Assembly (NCBI GenBank): GCA_047516945.1
Contig: JAKZTU010000048.1
Coordinates: 1-53,130, forward strand
Length of the DNA stretch: 53,130 bases
Reading direction: 5' to 3'
From: Acidimicrobiales bacterium
GTDB taxonomy: Bacteria > Actinomycetota > Acidimicrobiia > Acidimicrobiales > Aldehydirespiratoraceae
In this document: one piece after another, positions 48,098 to 53,130 of the stretch
Layout: each line of letters starts with the position of its first letter
Numbering within the stretch: the stretch's first letter is position 1
Notes under the pieces: model-generated
Told to the model about the DNA's origin: nothing
Database searches by the model: none
Seen by the model: the letters and a program-made list of their open reading frames with translations, nothing else
Program-made: the position numbers and the translations under genes

Positions 48098-48136
48098 GAC
48101 AAATAGGTAGAGCAGCGCCTCTAGGAGTGATCGAAC

Positions 48137-49540
48137 ATGACATCCACTGATATCGGCGTCGACCTCGGCAAGTACCAACTGGGGTGGCATGACGAGGAAG
48201 ACTACGTCTTCAAGCCCAAGAAAGGGCTCAACGAAGAGATTCTTCGCGAGATCTCCTGGCTCAAGAGCGAGCCCCAGTGGATGCTCGACTTTCGCCTGAA
48301 GTCGTACCAGCGATTCGGTAATCGCCCGATGCCCCACTGGGGTGGCGACATGTCCGACATCGACTTCGACAACATCTACTACTACATCAAACCCTCCGGA
48401 GAACTTAGCGACGACTGGGATGACGTCCCCGAGTCCATCAAGAACACCTACGAGAAGCTTGGTATCCCCGAAGCTGAGCGCAAGTATCTCGCCGGCGTGA
48501 CTGCCCAGTACGAATCCGAGGTCGTATACCACCGCAACCGTGAAGACCTCGAAGCACAAGGTGTGCTGTTCTGCGACATCGACACTGCGCTGAAGGAGTA
48601 TCCCGACATGGTCAAGCGCTACTTCGGCAAGATCATCCCGCCCAACGACAACAAGTTCTCGGCGCTCAACAGCTCCGCTTGGTCGGGAGGCTCGTTCATC
48701 TACGTGCCCCCTGGTGTCGAGGTCGACATGCCGTTGCAGGCCTACTTCCGCATCAACGCTGAGAACATGGGCCAGTTCGAGCGCACCTTGATCATCGCAG
48801 ACGAGGGTTCCAAGGTGCATTACATCGAGGGCTGCTCAGCACCGACCTACACTTCTGACTCACTTCATTCAGCAGTTGTCGAAATCATCGTGAAGCCATC
48901 GGCGCGGGTGACGTACACCACTATCCAAAACTGGTCCGACAACGTCTTCAACCTGGTCACCAAACGCGCCTACGTGGAAGCTGAAGGCCACATGGAATGG
49001 ATCGACGGCAACATCGGCTCGAAACTGACCATGAAATATCCGGCGGTCGTGCTCGCTGGCCCCAAAGCCTCGGGCGAGGTGCTTTCTGTCGCTTATGCAG
49101 GGCCGAACCAGCATCAAGACACGGGTGCCAAGATGACTCACGTGGCACCGGAGACGACCTCCAAGATCGTCTCGAAGTCGATATCCAAAGACGGGGGCCG
49201 TACCTCGTATCGGGGTTTAGTGCGAGTCGAAGACGATGCTTACGGCTGTAAGAGCCATGTGCAGTGCGATGCCCTCATCCTTGATGAGGATTCCGTCTCC
49301 GACACCTACCCCTACATGGAGGTCGGTGCGGGTGACGCCATCATCGGCCATGAGGCCACAGTGAGCCGGGTGGCCGACGAGCAGCTGTTCTATCTGCAAA
49401 GTCGTGGTCTGACAGAAGAACAGGCTATGGGCATGATTGTCAACGGCTTTATCGAACCTGTCACTCGTACTCTGCCGATGGAATACGCGGTTGAGTGGAG
49501 CCGCTTGATCGAACTGCAGATGGAAGGCAGCGTCGGCTGA
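48137..49540 (+). CDS. sufB: Fe-S cluster assembly protein SufB
   Basis: 467 aa; [19 protein letters not shown], and the conserved C-terminal FYLQSRGL...A..MIV.GF. Confidence 0.95.
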   Translation: MTSTDIGVDLGKYQLGWHDEEDYVFKPKKGLNEEILREISWLKSEPQWMLDFRLKSYQRFGNRPMPHWGGDMSDIDFDNIYYYIKPSGELSDDWDDVPESIKNTYEKLGIPEAERKYLAGVTAQYESEVVYHRNREDLEAQGVLFCDIDTALKEYPDMVKRYFGKIIPPNDNKFSALNSSAWSGGSFIYVPPGVEVDMPLQAYFRINAENMGQFERTLIIADEGSKVHYIEGCSAPTYTSDSLHSAVVEIIVKPSARVTYTTIQNWSDNVFNLVTKRAYVEAEGHMEWIDGNIGSKLTMKYPAVVLAGPKASGEVLSVAYAGPNQHQDTGAKMTHVAPETTSKIVSKSISKDGGRTSYRGLVRVEDDAYGCKSHVQCDALILDEDSVSDTYPYMEVGAGDAIIGHEATVSRVADEQLFYLQSRGLTEEQAMGMIVNGFIEPVTRTLPMEYAVEWSRLIELQMEGSVG

Positions 49541-49561
49541 GGGGTTCTTCTGATTGGGTTA

Positions 49562-49954
49562 GTGACATGGCGTGTTTGCTGCGCGACAATGAAACCCATG
49601 CCGATGCGCCAGGACTGCAAGTACTTTGAATCCCGCACGTATGCCAACGGCGACACCGTGCGCAAGTGTGACCTTGACCTAGCCCCCGAAGCTCCTTGGC
49701 GCTGCCCCGATGACTGCCCGAAGTACACCAGGCGTATGGCGGACGTGAATTGGAGTCACGGATCGCTGATCACCCCGGCCACTCCGCAAGAACCCGCCAG
49801 CCTGGGCAGCGACGACAGCATCGCTTCGTTGCTTGATGCAGCTGAAGACATCATCAACGATGCCGCGCCAGAGGTGCTACAGGAGATCCAAGAGGAGCAG
49901 CAGAAAGCGGCGCGCCGAGGCCTGGGTCGCCTTCTCCGACGACGCCGACGCTGA
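49562..49954 (+). CDS. Small hypothetical protein with a Cys4 motif and a poly-Arg tail, nested between sufB and sufD
   Basis: C-x17-C-x12-C-x3-C (RQDCKYF...RKCDLD...WRCPDDCPKY), an acidic middle, and a C-terminal RRGLGRLLRRRRR. Third codon positions look GC-rich, like flanking genes (by eye). Start uncertain (49562 GTG, or 49589/49598 ATG); no clear SD. Confidence 0.5.
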   Translation: MTWRVCCATMKPMPMRQDCKYFESRTYANGDTVRKCDLDLAPEAPWRCPDDCPKYTRRMADVNWSHGSLITPATPQEPASLGSDDSIASLLDAAEDIINDAAPEVLQEIQEEQQKAARRGLGRLLRRRRR

Positions 49955-50073
49955 GAGCACACGCGATGTTTTTGCCGGGCGTAGCCGGAGCCGTTGGAGT
50001 GCTGTTCAGCCGGTGTAGCCGGTAGCATTGCCGGTGTTTACGGGCTCTCGGGCCGTCTTTATTGGGCAGGGTC

Positions 50074-51342
50074 ATGACTGAATTCTCAATCGATGCCGCG
50101 AGGGCTTTGGCTGGTCCGGCATGGCTCGTTGACCGCCGGGTTGGCGCAGCCCAGGCCTTTGCCTCAGCGGTCCCGCCGGATGTAGCCGATGAGGAGTGGC
50201 GCTATAGCGCTATCCGAGAATTCGACCTGGCTGATTTCGTGCCGTCGTTGGAAACTTGTGACGCTCCGGCACTCGAGTTCGAGATCGACTCAGCGGCTGT
50301 GGTTCGTACGGTCAACGGGCGGGTCGTGGCGGTCGATGTAGCTGATGAACTTGTAGCTGCCGGCGTGTATGTCGGCCCGCTCGCAGGTGTTGATAAGGGG
50401 TCTGCTCTGCTGGGAGCGGTGTCCGCCGAGGCTTCTGACTACTTCACGGTTCTCAATGATGCTTTTGCGGCCGATCCGGTTCTGATTCGAGTGCCATCTG
50501 GGGTTGTGTTGAAGCGGCCGATTGTGGTGACCCACCATGTCGCTGGCGAGCGGGTCGCCGCGTTCCCTCGGCTTGTTGTCGACATTGGCGCCAATGCACA
50601 GGCGGAAGTTCTCGATCACCACACCTCTGATAGTGGCCCATTGCTGGTTTGCCCGGTGACGGAACTCGATGTCTCTGCCGCTGGTCGGCTGGGGTACCTC
50701 AACGTTCAGCAACTCGGCTCGGGAACATGGCAGTTTTCGTCGCAGTTGTCGAGGGCTGGCCGCGACGCCTCGCTCACTGCTTCCACCGCGGCTTTCGGTG
50801 GTGGCTATGCCCGTACTCGATCCGATGTTCGCCTAGTCGGACGCGGTGCCAACTGCGATCTTTTGGCGTTGTATTTCGGCGACGGTCGGCAAGGACTCGA
50901 TTTTCGCACATATCAGGACCATGTCGCCGCGGACACAACTTCCAAATTGCTCTACAAGGGTGTCGTGAGTGACGAGTCTCGCAGCATCTACACGGGCTTG
51001 ATTCGAGTGCGTCCCGATGCCCGAGGGACCAATGCCTTCCAGACCAACCGCAATCTGAAACTCGGTGGGAACGCCTGGGTTGAATCGGTACCCAACCTTG
51101 AAATCGAAAACAATGATGTTCGCTGTAGTCATGCTTCGGCGGTCGGCCCCGTCGATGCCGAGCAGCAGTTTTATTTGGAAAGCCGTGGTGTTCCGCCTGG
51201 CGAGGCAGAGCGCTTGATCGTGGCGGGTTTTCTCGACGAGGTGCTGGAATCGCTGCCTGTGACCGCCATGCGCAAGACGCTGCGTTCTGCCATTGATGCC
51301 AAACTGAGCCTCCAAGTGCAACACCAAGGAGTCTTGTCGTGA
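50074..51342 (+). CDS. sufD: Fe-S cluster assembly protein SufD
   Basis: EEWRYS near the N-terminus, and the C-terminal AFQTNRNL...CSHASAVGPVD..Q.FYL.SRG SufBD fold. Confidence 0.92.
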   Translation: MTEFSIDAARALAGPAWLVDRRVGAAQAFASAVPPDVADEEWRYSAIREFDLADFVPSLETCDAPALEFEIDSAAVVRTVNGRVVAVDVADELVAAGVYVGPLAGVDKGSALLGAVSAEASDYFTVLNDAFAADPVLIRVPSGVVLKRPIVVTHHVAGERVAAFPRLVVDIGANAQAEVLDHHTSDSGPLLVCPVTELDVSAAGRLGYLNVQQLGSGTWQFSSQLSRAGRDASLTASTAAFGGGYARTRSDVRLVGRGANCDLLALYFGDGRQGLDFRTYQDHVAADTTSKLLYKGVVSDESRSIYTGLIRVRPDARGTNAFQTNRNLKLGGNAWVESVPNLEIENNDVRCSHASAVGPVDAEQQFYLESRGVPPGEAERLIVAGFLDEVLESLPVTAMRKTLRSAIDAKLSLQVQHQGVLS

Positions 51343-51713
51343 GCCTTCACGTGTTGTTTGCGCTTGAAGAGCTTGAAGACGGCACGGCGCGCAAGGTGGA
51401 ATTGGAGGGGCACCAGATTTCACTGGTGCGCATCGAAGATGACGTTTATGCCATCGGCGACATTTGCAGTCATGAGGATGTCTCTTTGTCGGAGGGCTAC
51501 GTTGACGCCGAGGAGTGTCTGCTTGAGTGTTGGCGCCACGGGGCGATGTTCGACCTGAAGACGGGTGAGCCTGAAACGCTTCCCGCGGTTCGCCCTGTGC
51601 CGGTGTATGACGTGTCGGTCGTAGACGGCATGATCCAGATCTTGATTTCGGAAGGGTCCGAACCTCCTGCGCCCGGCCGAGGCTCAGTAACTCGGAGGCG
51701 TGCTGATGAGTGA
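51339..51713 (+). CDS. Rieske [2Fe-2S] domain protein
   Basis: CSHEDVSLS...CWRHGAMFD (CxH...CxxH). GTGA overlap with sufD. Confidence 0.88.
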   Translation: MSLHVLFALEELEDGTARKVELEGHQISLVRIEDDVYAIGDICSHEDVSLSEGYVDAEECLLECWRHGAMFDLKTGEPETLPAVRPVPVYDVSVVDGMIQILISEGSEPPAPGRGSVTRRRADE

Positions 51714-52494
51714 ACTGGTGATTGAGGGCCTGCGGGCTCGTGTGGGGGGCCAAGAGATCCTCAAAGGTGTTGATCTGGCGATGGCTTCGGGTGAGGTCCA
51801 TGCGGTGATGGGACCTAACGGTTCGGGAAAATCAACCCTGGCCCATGCCTTGGTAGGTCGCCCCGGTCTCGAAGTGCTGGGTGGTTCGGCACGTCTTGAT
51901 GGCGTTGAACTTTTGGAATTACCAGCTTGGGAGCGAGCCCAGGCCGGTTTGTTCCTGGCTATGCAGTACCCGACGGAGGTTCCTGGGGTAGCGCTGCGTG
52001 ATCTGCTACGAGCTTCGGTGAGTACCAGCGACAATGTCGACGAGATTGAATCGTCAATGCGTGCTGAGGCAAAGCGCATCGGTTTTGACGAGAAGTTCCT
52101 GGAGCGACCGCTCAACGTTGATCTTTCAGGCGGTGAGAAGAAACGCAATGAGGCGCTTCAGCTTGGGGTGTTGCGCCCTCGTTTCGCGATTCTCGACGAA
52201 CTCGATTCGGGCCTTGACTTCGATGCGTTGCGTTTGGTCGGCTCGCGGGTGGAGGCAGCTACCGAAGAAGACGGGGTGGGAGTCCTTGCTATCACCCACT
52301 ACAGCCGCTTGTTTGAGCAACTCCGGCCCGACACCGTGCATGTCTTTGCTGGGGGTCGAATTCAACAGACTGGTGGCGCGGAGTTGGCCCAAGAGTTGGA
52401 AGACACCGGTTACGAACGGTGGCGTGATTCGCCGCCGACGACCACTCCGGCATCGAAGCTCCCCGAAGATCCTTTTGCCGATCCGTTCGCCTGA
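51706..52494 (+). CDS. sufC: Fe-S cluster assembly ATPase SufC
   Basis: GPNGSGKSTL, LSGGEKKRNE, AILDELDSGLD. GGAGG lies 7 nt before the ATG. Confidence 0.94.
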   Translation: MSELVIEGLRARVGGQEILKGVDLAMASGEVHAVMGPNGSGKSTLAHALVGRPGLEVLGGSARLDGVELLELPAWERAQAGLFLAMQYPTEVPGVALRDLLRASVSTSDNVDEIESSMRAEAKRIGFDEKFLERPLNVDLSGGEKKRNEALQLGVLRPRFAILDELDSGLDFDALRLVGSRVEAATEEDGVGVLAITHYSRLFEQLRPDTVHVFAGGRIQQTGGAELAQELEDTGYERWRDSPPTTTPASKLPEDPFADPFA

Positions 52495-52521
52495 GTCGTT
52501 TTGCTGGGGCAGACTGTTGCC

Positions 52522-52809
52522 ATGGCTAGAACTCTGCTGACCGAAGATGAGATTGCCGAACTGCTGGCGGAGTTTGGTGAGTGGCGACGTGACGGAGACC
52601 GACTATGTCGCACCTATGAGTTCTCCGATTTCATCGACGCTTTTGGTTTTATGGCCAAAGTGGCGGTGGTTTCGGAGAAGTTGTTTCACCATCCCGAGTG
52701 GAGCAATGTCTATAACCGGGTTGATATCGCCATCACCGACCACGCCGCAGGCGGCATATCAAACAACGACCGAGCCTGGCTAGAGCGCGTCGAGCAACTC
52801 GGCCGCTGA
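52522..52809 (+). CDS. 4a-hydroxytetrahydrobiopterin (pterin-4a-carbinolamine) dehydratase family protein
   Basis: EKLFHHPEWSNVYNRVDIAITDH...D fits the family motif E-x3-H-H-P-x5-Y-x9-H-x8-D. Confidence 0.85.
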   Translation: MARTLLTEDEIAELLAEFGEWRRDGDRLCRTYEFSDFIDAFGFMAKVAVVSEKLFHHPEWSNVYNRVDIAITDHAAGGISNNDRAWLERVEQLGR

Positions 52810-52831
52810 ACCTCGTTTACGAAGGGGGACG

Positions 52832-53130
52832 CTAGTTCTCGTTCAGGGCTTGGGCGAGTGTGTTCCAGCTCAGCGTGGCGCATTTGATTCGTATCGGGAA
52901 TTTCACCACACCGCGCAGCGCTTCGAGGTCGCCGAGCTTCATGTCGTCTGATGCACCGGCGAGTTCTATGCCCAGAGCGGTTTCGTTGCCGTCTCCGCCG
53001 ATTTCGGTCTCGTGGATTGACATGAGTCCCTTGAATGCCACGATCAGCCTGCGAGCATCTTCAACCGTCTTGCCCTTTATCGCCACCGACATCATCGAAG
53101 CTGATGATTGGCTGATGGAACAGCCTTGAC
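52832..53130 (-). CDS. sufU: SufU/IscU-type Fe-S scaffold protein (5' end beyond the window)
   Basis: The minus-strand frame stays open to the window edge: ...QGCSISQSSASMMSVAIKGKTVEDA...KFPIRIKCATLSWN. Confidence 0.85.
   Translation of the reverse strand, partial: QGCSISQSSASMMSVAIKGKTVEDARRLIVAFKGLMSIHETEIGGDGNETALGIELAGASDDMKLGDLEALRGVVKFPIRIKCATLSWNTLAQALNEN

Noticed and set aside
50833-51801. 322-aa minus-strand ORF
   Set aside because: It is antisense to sufD, the Rieske gene and the sufC start, all of which carry strong family signatures. This is a high-GC shadow ORF.

Overview
High-GC, almost fully coding chromosomal window of Actinomycetota type. mIHF is present, and the gene order mirrors the mycobacterial blocks aroK-aroB-aroQ-pepQ-efp-nusB, pyrR-pyrB-pyrC-carA-carB, mihF-gmk-rpoZ-coaBC-metK-priA, def-fmt-rsmB-ribD, infC-rpmI-rplT and pheST. 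The left end holds a Dpp/Opp-type ABC importer (2 permeases, 2 ATPases). It is followed by an EEP-family hydrolase and a visibly AT-richer remnant: an N-terminally truncated AAA/OLD-like ATPase plus a possible DUF4276-like ORF. The accessory part (about 38-48 kb) carries a serine hydrolase and a taurine/sulfoacetaldehyde module (class-III aminotransferase, pta, TetR, xsc). It also carries a divergent pair of operons: an MBL hydrolase, flavin reductase and gamma-CA on the plus strand, and a two-gene unit on the minus strand. That minus-strand unit is the most interesting feature. A 488-aa thioredoxin-fold (CPTC)/unknown-domain fusion is translationally coupled to a gene that the ORF track splits in two at an in-frame TGA. 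Read-through gives a roughly 172-codon protein with a U-G-S-C-T-T-C motif, and a hairpin lies at SECIS distance, so it is a candidate selenoprotein redox module of unknown function. The right end is an atypical suf cluster: no sufR upstream, a perfect 12-bp palindrome in the promoter, a small Cys4 ORF between sufB and sufD, a Rieske gene, a pterin-4a-carbinolamine dehydratase after sufC, and a convergent sufU. No rRNA, tRNA, CRISPR array or intact mobile element was found. All calls come from reading the translations and the DNA; no database search was possible.
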